Source of the DNA: a virus
Direction: 5' to 3' (one strand)
DNA length: 41,065 bases
IMG/VR virus record: IMGVR_UViG_3300022555_000122
Positions 25,229 to 35,226 of this stretch are shown piece after piece; within the stretch, counting starts at the first letter, position 1; each line of letters opens with the position of its first letter. The notes under the pieces were generated by a model. It saw only the letters and a list, made by a program, of their open reading frames with translations. It was not told the DNA's origin and did not search any database. The translations under genes and the position numbers were made by a program.

Positions 25229-25573
25229 ATGGATTACAATAAAATAACCCAAGAACTCAAAAGGAAAAAAATGTTACATCAGGATCTTGCCAGGCAGATG
25301 GGAATCACACGCCAGGGTTTGACAGCTGCTTTACGCAACAAATCTCTTCGTGTAAAGGATCTGGAATCTATTTCAGAGATTTTGGATGTTCCAATATCAT
25401 ATTGGTGGGAAGAATACCAGGTAAATGAAAATAAAATTTCATATCAATCTCAGGATATGATCATCAAGCGATTAAACAGGCAAATAGATAATTACCTGGA
25501 TGATATTAAACGCTTCAAGGAGAGAATTTTGGAGTTAGAAATTCAACCGGTTAGAAAGAAAGAGGCCAGTTAA
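25229..25573 (+). CDS. XRE-family HTH repressor (cI-like), 114 aa
   Basis: HTH segment LHQDLARQMGITRQGLTAALRNKSLRVKDLESISEILDVPISYWW. Lies next to the integrase on the opposite strand from the lytic genes. Confidence 0.75.
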   Translation: MDYNKITQELKRKKMLHQDLARQMGITRQGLTAALRNKSLRVKDLESISEILDVPISYWWEEYQVNENKISYQSQDMIIKRLNRQIDNYLDDIKRFKERILELEIQPVRKKEAS

Positions 25574-25696
25574 AACTGGCCTACAAAAACCCCCTTACCC
25601 CCATAACAGGTACATAACAAAAATACATAGTTATGCCACATCTTTAACATTATGCGAATATATAATTAATATATTAATCATATTTATGATATAAAT

Positions 25697-25909
25697 GTCA
25701 CAAAAAAGTCACAAAGAAAAATGAAATGATTGGGAATGCCTTATTCAATCAATGAAATGGGAAATAATACTGGTTCAGGTGGGCCCACAACCCTTCGTTA
25801 TTCATCAAGGCTGGCACTCTGTCAGCCTTGATTCTAAAGGGAAATAGATTTTGAGTACTCCCTGAAAAATGTCACAAATCCCATTTTTACGTCACAAAAA
25901 CGTCACACA
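25697..25909 (+). repeat. Five direct GTCACA(A/C)A repeats in two 11-bp-phased clusters (candidate integrase arm-type sites flanking the attP core)
   Basis: Copies start at 25697, 25708, 25871, 25891 and 25902. The ~150-bp central region holds the palindrome GTGGGCCCAC (25779-25788) and a 9-bp-stem hairpin (25805-25831). Confidence 0.5.
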
Positions 25910-25914
25910 CTTTT

Positions 25915-27087
25915 ATGGACAATATAGTTGCAACATTACGAACTACTTACGTTGATAAAAATGGCAAATGTCCCGTCATCCTTAGGGTTCGTATGAATAA
26001 AAAGAAAGTAGAGCTCAATACAGGTGTTTCAATTGAAAAACATAACTGGGATAAGAAGAAACGCAGGATCCGGGAAGATGCCCCTCAGTCTGATAGTTTT
26101 AATCTCATCATTGGAAATGCAAAAAAGAATGTCCATATGATCCAGGTGAGATACAAACTGGCCGAACAGGATCTCACTGCAGCAATCATCAAGCAGGAAT
26201 ATAGGAATCCATCGGCAAATAAGAATTTCTATGACTGGATGGATAATGAGATTAAGGAGAGAAAAGGATCCATCTCCAAGGCCACTTCAGATATGCATAA
26301 ATCCTTACTGAAAAGCCTTAGGGCTTTCAAACCGAACGTATTTTTCAAGGAAATTGATTCCAAGTTCCTTGAGGATTTCGAACATTATATGCGAAACAAG
26401 GAGAAAAATGGACTGAATACACAGAGTAAGAAGTTCCGTGCATTGAAAGCCTATCTGAACCGTGCAATGGCACGTGATATCATTAAAACAAATCCATTCA
26501 GTAAATATCGTATTAAACGCGGAAAGAATAAGAGAGTATTCCTTTCTGAGGAAGAATTGATCAACATCATAACGCATTATAAAAAGGAGCTTTTCCCTGA
26601 AAAGTATAAGAAAGTCCTCAAATACTTTCTTGCCGCATGCTTTACTGGCCTTAGGATATCCGACATTAAAAGATTCCAATGGGAGTGGATCCACGGTGAC
26701 ATGATCATTCTGAAACCCAAGAAGCTCCAGAACGTAAATGCGGAGATCTGTGAAATACCGGTGACCGATTCACTCTGTAAATTGATCGGGTACAAAATAG
26801 GAATGGAAAGAATTGGTCCGGTTTTCGATTGCTATACCGACCAGGTATCCAGCCGGTATATTAAAGAAGTGGGAAAACTCCTGGAATTAAAGAAAGACAT
26901 CAGCTTTCATACCTCCCGTCACACGTTTGCAACACTCTTCCTTGAACGAACTTGTGATCTGGCCACCCTTCAGAAACTTCTTGGACACTCCAATATTCAG
27001 CAAACAATGATCTATGCTCATACTACGGATCGGAAGAAAAAGCAGCAAATGATCTTGTTCAACGAACCATTCGCAAATTTATTCTGA
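25915..27087 (+). CDS. int: Tyrosine recombinase / phage integrase, 390 aa
   Basis: Catalytic signature GLRISDI (Arg), HTSRHTFAT (H-x-x-R) and LLGHSNIQQTMIYAH (His, Tyr). The N-terminal arm-binding-like segment has the Bacteroidota style (CPVILRVRMNKKKVELNTGVSIEKHNWD). Confidence 0.9.
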   Translation: MDNIVATLRTTYVDKNGKCPVILRVRMNKKKVELNTGVSIEKHNWDKKKRRIREDAPQSDSFNLIIGNAKKNVHMIQVRYKLAEQDLTAAIIKQEYRNPSANKNFYDWMDNEIKERKGSISKATSDMHKSLLKSLRAFKPNVFFKEIDSKFLEDFEHYMRNKEKNGLNTQSKKFRALKAYLNRAMARDIIKTNPFSKYRIKRGKNKRVFLSEEELINIITHYKKELFPEKYKKVLKYFLAACFTGLRISDIKRFQWEWIHGDMIILKPKKLQNVNAEICEIPVTDSLCKLIGYKIGMERIGPVFDCYTDQVSSRYIKEVGKLLELKKDISFHTSRHTFATLFLERTCDLATLQKLLGHSNIQQTMIYAHTTDRKKKQQMILFNEPFANLF

Positions 27088-27088
27088 A

Positions 27089-28696
27089 CTATAATTTCGA
27101 GTAATACTGATCCGAATACGCCCTCTCGTATTCAAACTCAAGGTTCAGGTTATAGACTCCATCCTTCACTGAGTTCATTTTCTTGGTCGTGAGAACGACC
27201 GGGTACAATTGATCACCAATAATCTCATAGATCTCTTCCGATCGCATGAAATCCCGCAGGTAATTCAAATGATCCTTTGTGATCCATCCGGATGTTGCCT
27301 TAAATGTTTGCGTTTCCAGCGTATTGACATTCTTTACCGGTGGGTTCAAAAAATCTTCTTTCTGTTCACTGATCGTTACGATCTTGTCCCGGTCATAATT
27401 TGGCGGGTACTCAACCTTTCCGGTGCATCGGAAGTTATCATAGAAACCAAAAGAATTCCTGAACTTGAAATTTCGCTCAAATTCCTGGTAATTGTTATCC
27501 ATCCGGAAGGTGAACTTTTTATACTCAACAACGGTATACGTTGGATGAGCAGGGTGTGCATGAGTAACTGTAAGTGAAGTTTTAAGCCAGATTTCATATT
27601 TTATCACTTTTCGGTCTCCGGCTATATCATCAATATCCAAATAGTCGTATCCACATTGCAACTCTACAACAAGATTAGAGACATTGCTTGTCATTGGAAG
27701 ATCATAGTCTTCGAAGCTTCCATCCTGATAATATATTTTAAGATGTTTGGATAATTCAAATTCTTCCTCTGTTGCCGGTGTTTTAATCAGATAATAGATT
27801 GATTCCTGATTCGTCTTTCCAGTCAACTTCTCCCCGGGATGCCAGGACAAATACCGAAGTTCATTTACTGCATCATCCCACCAGGATTCTGATATAGAAT
27901 TCCAATATGCCAGTGCTTCATAACTCAAGCCTCCGGGAACAACATAACCTTCATATAGTGAAAATGGGATTGCATTAGTAGACATTGCTTTTACTAATCC
28001 GTCATATTTTTCAGCAAAATCAACATGAATAGTCTTTACTGCATCGTGATATCCATCACCATATCCTTCAGGAAACTTGAATCGGGGAAATGAAATATTC
28101 TCCAATTTTGCTTTCACATACTCTGAACAATCGAAATATGCAATACCATCATTATCTACCGATTTTAAATCTTCTCCCCAAAAGTTATTCCCCAAGTAAT
28201 CAACAACGATCATAAGTATTCCGTATCCCTGGCGCAATACCTGATCAACTCCAACATCAGAATGTATTGCCGATATCCCTAGTATATTTTCATGATCAAA
28301 CGTGATAGTATATTGAGATCCTACATTCTTGGCAGTTATCGTTAAGATACAATGCGTATTATCAAATGACAATGTATAATATTTAGATAGATAGTAATTT
28401 AAAGCCATCCATCCAGATGTCAAAATTCCCCAGGATTCAGGAGTATTAAAACTTTGAGCCGGTTGAATCTCAATTCCTGACCAGGATATAGTAACAACAC
28501 TTGTGAACTGAATAGTCATTCCCATGAATGTCAACGAAAAATGATGACCTACAGTTTGGTCTATCCCGGTAAACTGAAGATCAATGCTCGCGCAGGCACC
28601 TGCCTGAAGCAAATAATTATCTCCGGATACTTTAAACCGTATCGGATTTCCAGAAAATGAATATGATGGTGGTATTTCTAGTCTTTGTACTGGCAT
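27089..28696 (-). CDS. Distal tail / baseplate or receptor-binding protein, 535 aa
   Basis: Second large ORF downstream of the tape measure and last gene of the tail operon. The call is by position. Confidence 0.5.
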   Translation of the reverse strand: MPVQRLEIPPSYSFSGNPIRFKVSGDNYLLQAGACASIDLQFTGIDQTVGHHFSLTFMGMTIQFTSVVTISWSGIEIQPAQSFNTPESWGILTSGWMALNYYLSKYYTLSFDNTHCILTITAKNVGSQYTITFDHENILGISAIHSDVGVDQVLRQGYGILMIVVDYLGNNFWGEDLKSVDNDGIAYFDCSEYVKAKLENISFPRFKFPEGYGDGYHDAVKTIHVDFAEKYDGLVKAMSTNAIPFSLYEGYVVPGGLSYEALAYWNSISESWWDDAVNELRYLSWHPGEKLTGKTNQESIYYLIKTPATEEEFELSKHLKIYYQDGSFEDYDLPMTSNVSNLVVELQCGYDYLDIDDIAGDRKVIKYEIWLKTSLTVTHAHPAHPTYTVVEYKKFTFRMDNNYQEFERNFKFRNSFGFYDNFRCTGKVEYPPNYDRDKIVTISEQKEDFLNPPVKNVNTLETQTFKATSGWITKDHLNYLRDFMRSEEIYEIIGDQLYPVVLTTKKMNSVKDGVYNLNLEFEYERAYSDQYYSKL

Positions 28697-28708
28697 GATG
28701 AATATTTT

Positions 28709-30337
28709 TTAATAACATGTATAAGCCTTTATTACCGCTGGTGAAATGCTATTATTCTTCAATGTTACCTGCACTTCACTGAGAAGATAATTAACGCCAT
28801 TGATTCTGTATTTCTGTGAAAAATCAAGATCAATAATTTCCTTAAATGTCATAAATTTAGAAATCGTAACCTTCTTTGTCGATGTCCTGAAATCCGAATA
28901 CGATTTATAAAATACATGGAAAAGAGTTTTCTCGTTTTGATGTTCATTAAAAAACAGCGAAATATTGGCTGTTTTGCTCTTACCAAAACATTTAAGAACT
29001 CCTCCAACCCAATCTGTATTCTGAAAAAATATTCTTGGCGTTATTTCTCTCCAGGATACTTTCTTATTCCCACAGACTACCGGACCAGTAGTCGTCCCAT
29101 TAACATCCAGAAGAGAGGAAAATGCTAGCTCTACCTTTTCATCCTCAAATTTGTAGTAATATTGGGAAAACAGTTTTTCAGATATACTGTTTTCTACTAA
29201 CCATCCGGAAAAATACTGTTTGTATAATTGCCAGTCTTCGATCACATAACGGTATTCTCCCAGGTCGCTATAAGGAAATGGCAACAAGTCCGCGACGGTT
29301 GGAACTGCACCTTTTAAAGTATCAAGATAACTCGCTTCTTCATCCGAGAATGCCTTTTGCTTCTCATCATCGCCATCCAAGTTCATCTTTAAACTAAGTC
29401 CCCTTATCTGTTCATCAACATCAAGTGAAATTGAAATGATATTTTTTGAGAAATCTATCCCGGAAGGATTTTTAATGATGTCATCAATTGCAATAAGCTT
29501 GCATGATTTATCTTTCCCGTTAATAAAATACCTGGCATTGAACGCCGTTTCGATTCCCTTCAGGAAATCTTTTATCAGGATCCTGGGAACGTGCAGGCTG
29601 AAGTACCAGTTTCGTAAATCATACGGATATTGATCGAGCAGGTTGTTTGTTGGTGTTGAATTGAAAAGGATCAAATTATCAAAATCACTCCTTTTTGAAA
29701 ATAACTGGTCTTTTAATTCAAAACTAAGACTCTCAAAAACCTTGGAATGCACATAATTGAAATACAACATTGGAACTATGATGGACGGATTCAAGTCTTC
29801 AGCCGTATGATGAATTCCAGTATGATTATTCCAATACTTATTGAATGAAAGTCTCGCGGGGCATGATCCAACAGGATCAAGGTAAACATCATTAAATATT
29901 TCAGGGAAACAAACTGTCTTGTTTGGATTTACAAGTATGTCATTTATATATTGAATTGCCAAATCATCCGTATCAAATGACATGCTTCCCATATCAACCT
30001 GGTTAAGCATCAGATCTTTTATCTGGTAATAGAAGTCACCATCAATGCCATAAATTGAACCTTCATAAGACTTGTTGTTTGCGATCTTACATTTTAAAAG
30101 ACCCTGTATGTACTGATTATCAACTATTATTTTACAAGGAAACTCTTCATAAAAATCCCTAAATGATTCAACCCTGTTTTTAAAATTCAGAATTCCGGCA
30201 TTACGAATGCTGTAGGGTATCTTTATCGGATAACTATAAGATCCTGTTTCATTGAAAATAGGAGACTTAAAGTTAAACGTGATACTGAAATCAGTACCTA
30301 AATCAAGTGATTGATCATTAACCGTCAATGAAATCAT
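28709..30337 (-). CDS. Distal tail / baseplate protein, 542 aa
   Basis: Overlaps the tape-measure stop by 4 nt. The call is by position. Confidence 0.5.
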   Translation of the reverse strand: MISLTVNDQSLDLGTDFSITFNFKSPIFNETGSYSYPIKIPYSIRNAGILNFKNRVESFRDFYEEFPCKIIVDNQYIQGLLKCKIANNKSYEGSIYGIDGDFYYQIKDLMLNQVDMGSMSFDTDDLAIQYINDILVNPNKTVCFPEIFNDVYLDPVGSCPARLSFNKYWNNHTGIHHTAEDLNPSIIVPMLYFNYVHSKVFESLSFELKDQLFSKRSDFDNLILFNSTPTNNLLDQYPYDLRNWYFSLHVPRILIKDFLKGIETAFNARYFINGKDKSCKLIAIDDIIKNPSGIDFSKNIISISLDVDEQIRGLSLKMNLDGDDEKQKAFSDEEASYLDTLKGAVPTVADLLPFPYSDLGEYRYVIEDWQLYKQYFSGWLVENSISEKLFSQYYYKFEDEKVELAFSSLLDVNGTTTGPVVCGNKKVSWREITPRIFFQNTDWVGGVLKCFGKSKTANISLFFNEHQNEKTLFHVFYKSYSDFRTSTKKVTISKFMTFKEIIDLDFSQKYRINGVNYLLSEVQVTLKNNSISPAVIKAYTCY

Positions 30338-33300
30338 CGTGTAGTATCTTTTATTGTCTGATCAACTTTACCATTTTCTTTCTGTAATACATCATAGGAT
30401 ATTGATGCATTAAGGCCATTTCTGGCATGTGTGTTGAATTCATCCAATGCCTCCTTAAACCCGGCAGGAAATATAATTATCGGTGGTGGTGCCTGGGTTG
30501 ATGATGGAATCCCAAAGTCCGGGTACTGACCAGCAGCCCGCTGGGGAACCCTGGCATATTGAATAGCCTGGAGCACCTTGGGATAATTCATCACCAGGTT
30601 CTTTGTCGTATAAGGATCTATCACAATCTCATTCCCCGTCTCATTAACCAGCATTGGCTTGCCCGGAATCCCGGTGAATGATTTTTGATAAGGAACATCT
30701 TTGTATAGTTTGCCATCGTTTTCACCAACCACATCCTGGGTTGATTTCGCGCTCTGCCTGGCAACATCTGTTTTCGACTGAGACATTACCTGGTTAATTA
30801 CATCGTACCTGCCCATTGCAGCTTCAGGAACCTTTGATGACAGAATGTAACCTACTTGTATAGCTCCTAATGCAGCTGTTATGATGCTCATTACTATACC
30901 ACCGGGACCCGGAGGATTTGCCAGGGCGCCGGCAACTGCCGTTGCCACATTGATCATTGCATTAAATAAGGCAATTTCCCGGTTTCTTTCAGCCTGGTCA
31001 TGTTCGAGCTTCCGCTTCTTTTTATCCAGGTCAAGATCTAGTTTTGCAACTTCAGCATCGTATTTTTTCTGATCAATTTGCTTTCCGTCAAGTTGTTTCT
31101 TAAGATTTGCCTTCTTCTTATTATTTGAAGCCTCATCCTCAGCAACCTTATCTTCTTCCGCTTTGGATTGCATTGAATAGATCTGACTTAATCCTTCAAC
31201 ACCAGTTTTTGCAAGGTCTATTGCCTTTTGAATTACTTTTTTAGTTGCCTCATTTGCAAGCTGTGCCTCTCTGTCAGCTTGCTCCTGAGCCATCTGAGAT
31301 TTTATCTCATTAACCTTTGACTGATCATTGACATTTTCGTCAAGAATTTTCTTGTATTTTTCATTGAGCTCGAGCTGGATCTTCTCCTTACCATCGGCCA
31401 GGTCCTTTTCTCCTTTAAGTTTCAGGTTATTTAGATCATCATTAAATCTAACATTACCTGTATTGACAGCCTTATCCGTTTCATCCTTGCGAGCAGTATT
31501 TAGTTTTGAAATCGGATCCTGAATCTTGGCAAGTTCTTCTTTCTTGCGATTCTCTGCAGCAACTATCTTGTCTACATTGCCATTTGCTTCTTTAACCTCT
31601 TGATCATACCTGAATTGTATAGTATCAAGTATTTCCTTCTGTGCATCATCATACTTCTTATTGATCTCATAAACCTCCCTACCTGTAATACTCATTCTTG
31701 CAACACGAAGGTTTTCGTGAATTTCTGCAACCTTTTTTGCAAAATCAGCTTCAGCCTGTTCAAGTACTTGCTTGGTCTGTTTATCGCGCTCAATCTCAAG
31801 AGTTCCGATATTATTATCAACGGTTGAGTTCTCCTGCTGGATCTCTTTCTTTCTCGCCGGTGCAAGATTGGGATCCTTAAGAAGCTTTTCATTATCTGCC
31901 TTAAATTTTAATGCCGCCTTAATGAGTGTATCATATTTATCCTCTACATTTTTTACCTCCTGTTGGGTTTCGTTTAGTTTATTAGCAAAGTTCTTTCCAT
32001 CCATATCAGTGATGGAATCCATTAATTTTTTATAGTCTTCTTGTATCTTTTTAAAGGATTTTTGCTGTTCTGTTTCTTCCTTTTTCCTTCCCGAACGTGT
32101 TTCCATGGCATTCTTTGCCTCTATCTTGTGAGCAGTAGTTTCATCCTTTAAAGTTTGTGCCTGGTATTCATTCTGGGCTAAATAGGTATCCTTTATTCCG
32201 GTTGAAATTGTTTTGAATAAATCTTCCTTTCCTTTTGCAAAAGAAGTAATTAATCTACCAGTTGCTTGAATTATTGGAGGGGTTTTACTGATTTCCGTAT
32301 TCACTTCTTTTAGTCTCTCAGGATTATAAAATGGATTTGCTTGATAACCTCCAGTTCCACCTGCAGACGATACTTGGCCTTGTTTTGAAAGGAATATTTT
32401 TTCCTCCAATAATTTGTTGAACTCCTTTGCCTGATCAATCTCTTTGGCATTATCATTGTAATTCTTTACAAAACTGATAATTTGTGCATCTGATAACCCT
32501 GTCTGCAATCTGGCACCTTCGAGATCAATATTTAATTTGGATTGTTTTAGATCTATATTTTCCTTTAATCCGATGTTTTGTAACACCATAATATCGCGTT
32601 CCTTTTGAAGTCTTTCAGCATCTGATAAAGTCTGGTTGCGCAAATCCTTTCTTAATTTGATGATTTCGGTCTGCCTGGCAATTTGTTGAAGTGAATGGGA
32701 TTCTTCTTTTCTTCCATACTCCTCCATGAACTCAGCATATTTCTCTCCATATTTAACTGCTTCTTTAATATTTGTTAAAAAATTAGACCAGTCTCCATTT
32801 GCAATTGTTCTTAAAAAAGCCTGATATCCAGAATCAATTCCAGCCATTAAAATATGAAATTTCTCTGCGGATCCATGAGTAGAATCAATGGCATTTTTTA
32901 TTTGTCCGAAAGCTTTTTCTGCCAGGTTGGCAAGAGTCATTCCGCCGGCAACTCCCAAAATTTTTTCCATCAGTCCACCACCGGCTCCAGCATCTTTACT
33001 GATATTTTGGCTTTTAAACTTTACTTCATCAATCCTGGCCCCTACTGCCTGAAGTTCCTTTTCGATTTGTTTATATGCCGGTGATCCGGGGGAGGATCTG
33101 GCAAATTCATTCATCAAACTTTGCTGAAGCGATTTCAGATCCTTAATAGATAAAGATGTCAGACCGGCTTCTTTTTTTAAACTTACCAGGCTGGCGTTAG
33201 CCTGATCAAGATCTGCCTTCGCCGCCTTCCATGGACCGGAATCTTTATTTTGTCCGCTTTTTTGCAGGTCATTCAAAACTTCCTGGTACTTTTTAACCTG

Positions 33301-33390
33301 GCCCTCCATTTCAATAACAGCCTGCTTAGCCTGGTCATTGTTTATGAATATGGAAAAGCGGTAATCCGATACGTTTGTCTTTGATGCCAT
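30334..33390 (-). CDS. Tail tape measure protein, 1,018 aa
   Basis: Very long, Lys/Glu/Gln-rich coiled-coil sequence with a hydrophobic Gly-rich segment (ALANPPGPGGIVMSIITAALGAIQVGYIL). Followed by large distal-tail ORFs. Confidence 0.8.
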   Translation of the reverse strand: MASKTNVSDYRFSIFINNDQAKQAVIEMEGQVKKYQEVLNDLQKSGQNKDSGPWKAAKADLDQANASLVSLKKEAGLTSLSIKDLKSLQQSLMNEFARSSPGSPAYKQIEKELQAVGARIDEVKFKSQNISKDAGAGGGLMEKILGVAGGMTLANLAEKAFGQIKNAIDSTHGSAEKFHILMAGIDSGYQAFLRTIANGDWSNFLTNIKEAVKYGEKYAEFMEEYGRKEESHSLQQIARQTEIIKLRKDLRNQTLSDAERLQKERDIMVLQNIGLKENIDLKQSKLNIDLEGARLQTGLSDAQIISFVKNYNDNAKEIDQAKEFNKLLEEKIFLSKQGQVSSAGGTGGYQANPFYNPERLKEVNTEISKTPPIIQATGRLITSFAKGKEDLFKTISTGIKDTYLAQNEYQAQTLKDETTAHKIEAKNAMETRSGRKKEETEQQKSFKKIQEDYKKLMDSITDMDGKNFANKLNETQQEVKNVEDKYDTLIKAALKFKADNEKLLKDPNLAPARKKEIQQENSTVDNNIGTLEIERDKQTKQVLEQAEADFAKKVAEIHENLRVARMSITGREVYEINKKYDDAQKEILDTIQFRYDQEVKEANGNVDKIVAAENRKKEELAKIQDPISKLNTARKDETDKAVNTGNVRFNDDLNNLKLKGEKDLADGKEKIQLELNEKYKKILDENVNDQSKVNEIKSQMAQEQADREAQLANEATKKVIQKAIDLAKTGVEGLSQIYSMQSKAEEDKVAEDEASNNKKKANLKKQLDGKQIDQKKYDAEVAKLDLDLDKKKRKLEHDQAERNREIALFNAMINVATAVAGALANPPGPGGIVMSIITAALGAIQVGYILSSKVPEAAMGRYDVINQVMSQSKTDVARQSAKSTQDVVGENDGKLYKDVPYQKSFTGIPGKPMLVNETGNEIVIDPYTTKNLVMNYPKVLQAIQYARVPQRAAGQYPDFGIPSSTQAPPPIIIFPAGFKEALDEFNTHARNGLNASISYDVLQKENGKVDQTIKDTTR

Positions 33391-33392
33391 TG

Positions 33393-33920
33393 CTATTTGA
33401 TAAAGATTCGTCCTGTCCTTACAATTGCTGTTTCATAGTATGCATGCACGATCTGCTCAAGCTCAGGGATGAATGATTCAACCACCGGGTTAAACCAGGG
33501 CTTTGGATGCCGGTTAAATCCTTCCGTCTTCGAGATCTTAACCACAGTGTCGCCTTTCATCACATATCCCCGGCCAACTCCTTTATGGATGAAGATTCCT
33601 TCGCGCCGGAAGGAGAATCCCAGCCGGTAGATCTCCCCCGATTGTTCCTTAGATGTTCCCTTAATGGAACTGGCCAGCCTCGATCCGCCAATCCCCGATC
33701 CGGATATAGATGGACCCAAGGCAGCCTTCACTTTTTCGAGCCATCCCAAAAGCTTGCCATTAAATTCATCCACCGTTGCAATCTCCATTATCCGGGCTTG
33801 CTGCAAGGAATCTTTGGATATGTTAATATCGAAAGGCCCTTCCCATGTTTTGGGGAAGGCTTCGCTGCGGTTCTTGCCACCATCAGCCATCTGCTGAGAT
33901 AAACGATTGAATGCGCCCAT
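33393..33920 (-). CDS. Hypothetical tail-module protein, 175 aa
   Basis: Lies 2 nt upstream of the tape-measure gene. The weak resemblance to HK97 gp10-type proteins is not convincing by eye. Confidence 0.5.
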   Translation of the reverse strand: MGAFNRLSQQMADGGKNRSEAFPKTWEGPFDINISKDSLQQARIMEIATVDEFNGKLLGWLEKVKAALGPSISGSGIGGSRLASSIKGTSKEQSGEIYRLGFSFRREGIFIHKGVGRGYVMKGDTVVKISKTEGFNRHPKPWFNPVVESFIPELEQIVHAYYETAIVRTGRIFIK

Positions 33921-34102
33921 TACACAAGTTCAATTTTGCCGATAATGATCTTCTCAACCTGCTCAGAATCGGTATTCTCATTAATGGTTGTTTTTGCCTG
34001 CAGACGGGCAGCACGTTTGGTCTCAGCCTGTACTTCAATATCTTTAGGAAAGAATGTTTTAGGGGCTACCTTGACCTGGTAATTTACCTTCCATGTTTGC
34101 AT
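33920..34102 (-). CDS. Hypothetical protein, 60 aa, first gene of the tail operon
   Basis: TAATG stop/start overlap with the next gene. Confidence 0.45.
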   Translation of the reverse strand: MQTWKVNYQVKVAPKTFFPKDIEVQAETKRAARLQAKTTINENTDSEQVEKIIIGKIELV

Positions 34103-34146
34103 GGAGCAAAGGAAATAGGATCGGATAGGAGATTAAAGGACAAGAA

Positions 34147-34340
34147 AAAAGCCATTTATGGCTTTTAAATAACCCATATCTGGGTTTTTAAATAATCCGA
34201 TTTCGGACTATTTATATCATATAAAGGATGATTATCCTGTATTTTTTGTCCCGGTTTATCAAATAAAACGCTAAAAAGCGTTTTAAATAATCGGAATTCC
34301 GATTATTTAAATTCGGATAAAGGGAGAATTCTCCCTTTAT
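34147..34340. repeat. Array of seven short hairpins/palindromes interleaved with TTTTAAATAA motifs
   Basis: Inverted repeats at 34147-34166, 34173-34184, 34196-34207, 34225-34238, 34265-34284, 34285-34308 and 34317-34340. The last two are perfect 24-bp palindromes centred on GAATTC. TTTTAAATAA occurs at 34163, 34186 and 34281, and inverted at 34304. Confidence 0.8.
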
Positions 34341-34343
34341 AAT

Positions 34344-34373
34344 AAAAAAACCCGCCTGGTACAAGCGGGTTTT
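34344..34373 (-). terminator. Rho-independent (potentially bidirectional) terminator downstream of the Bro-N gene
   Basis: Stem aaaacccgc (34347-34355) / gcgggtttt (34365-34373). On the minus strand a T-run follows (A7 at 34344-34350 on plus). Confidence 0.75.
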
Positions 34374-34418
34374 CCAACTGTAAAACATGAGAACCCCTCA
34401 TTACTGAGGGGCACTCAT

Positions 34419-34952
34419 TTAATTACCTTCGGGTGATCCAAGATCAAGTCTCAGTTGATTGGGATTTCTTTTGATCACCTCTCTCAATTCAATGTGCTTT
34501 TTATCCATTTCCAAAGTCAAGGTCTTAATCTTTGACTTCAAATCAGTTATGGAGTTTTCAAGAACTTCGATCTCAGAAGTAATTCTTTGAAGTTCAAGCT
34601 CTTTTGTCTGCGCTTCTTCGGAGGTATAAAGTCCAGCTTTTCTTATGGAAGGTAAAACTTCATGAGTTACCCACCTTTTGAATGCCTTAGCTTCTGGTTT
34701 CTTGGATGTTAAGATTAGAGAATATAAACCAAACTCATTTACAGTCCAGGTCTCTTTTTGCTGACCTTGACCGACTCCAAGTCGGTCAAGCTTCCGCTCA
34801 TCCTCATCCAATTTCTTAACAGCGGCATATGAATCTGCATATCCAAGGATATCGCAAACATCAATACCAGCAAACCAAACCTGTTCATCATTGTCCACTT
34901 TTGTACGGATGGGACGGTCCTCATAATTAAATTTTGTAATTTCTGTTCTCAT
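34419..34952 (-). CDS. Bro-N domain antirepressor-like protein, 177 aa, with a C-terminal coiled coil
   Basis: FNYEDRPIRT...QVWFAGIDVCDILGYADSYAAVKKL...VNEFGLYSLILTSKKPEAKAFKRWVTHEVLPSIRKAGLY is the characteristic BRO N-terminal domain pattern. Confidence 0.85.
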   Translation of the reverse strand: MRTEITKFNYEDRPIRTKVDNDEQVWFAGIDVCDILGYADSYAAVKKLDEDERKLDRLGVGQGQQKETWTVNEFGLYSLILTSKKPEAKAFKRWVTHEVLPSIRKAGLYTSEEAQTKELELQRITSEIEVLENSITDLKSKIKTLTLEMDKKHIELREVIKRNPNQLRLDLGSPEGN

Positions 34953-35010
34953 GGTCTATGTTTTTTAATAGTTCCTCCAAATGTAAACAAAACTTTCCAA
35001 AGTCAAAAAA

Positions 35011-35226
35011 TCATTCCATTTTGTAAAAAGCATCCCCGTCAAACCTGACGAAGATGCTTAAGAATGGATCCATAAACTTCAATCTTCCGCTGCGGGTCTT
35101 TTCCCATTGCGAGTCGGGATAGATCACAACACTGATCTCCCGGTGTGGTAATTGCTGGTTGCTTTCATCATGGGCCACGACCGCATCAATGTTAAGATAT
35201 ATCTGGCCGGTTGTTCTCTTATTCAT
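35011..35226 (-). CDS. Hypothetical protein, 71 aa
   Basis: The ORF has an ATGA start/stop overlap with the upstream small ORF. Confidence 0.5.
   Translation of the reverse strand: MNKRTTGQIYLNIDAVVAHDESNQQLPHREISVVIYPDSQWEKTRSGRLKFMDPFLSIFVRFDGDAFYKME

Noticed and set aside
27085-27091. The integrase and the last tail gene converge with 1 nt between their stop codons and no terminator
   Set aside because: This is real in the sequence and could cause transcriptional interference. However, tight convergent junctions are common in compact phage genomes, and I see no additional structure to interpret.
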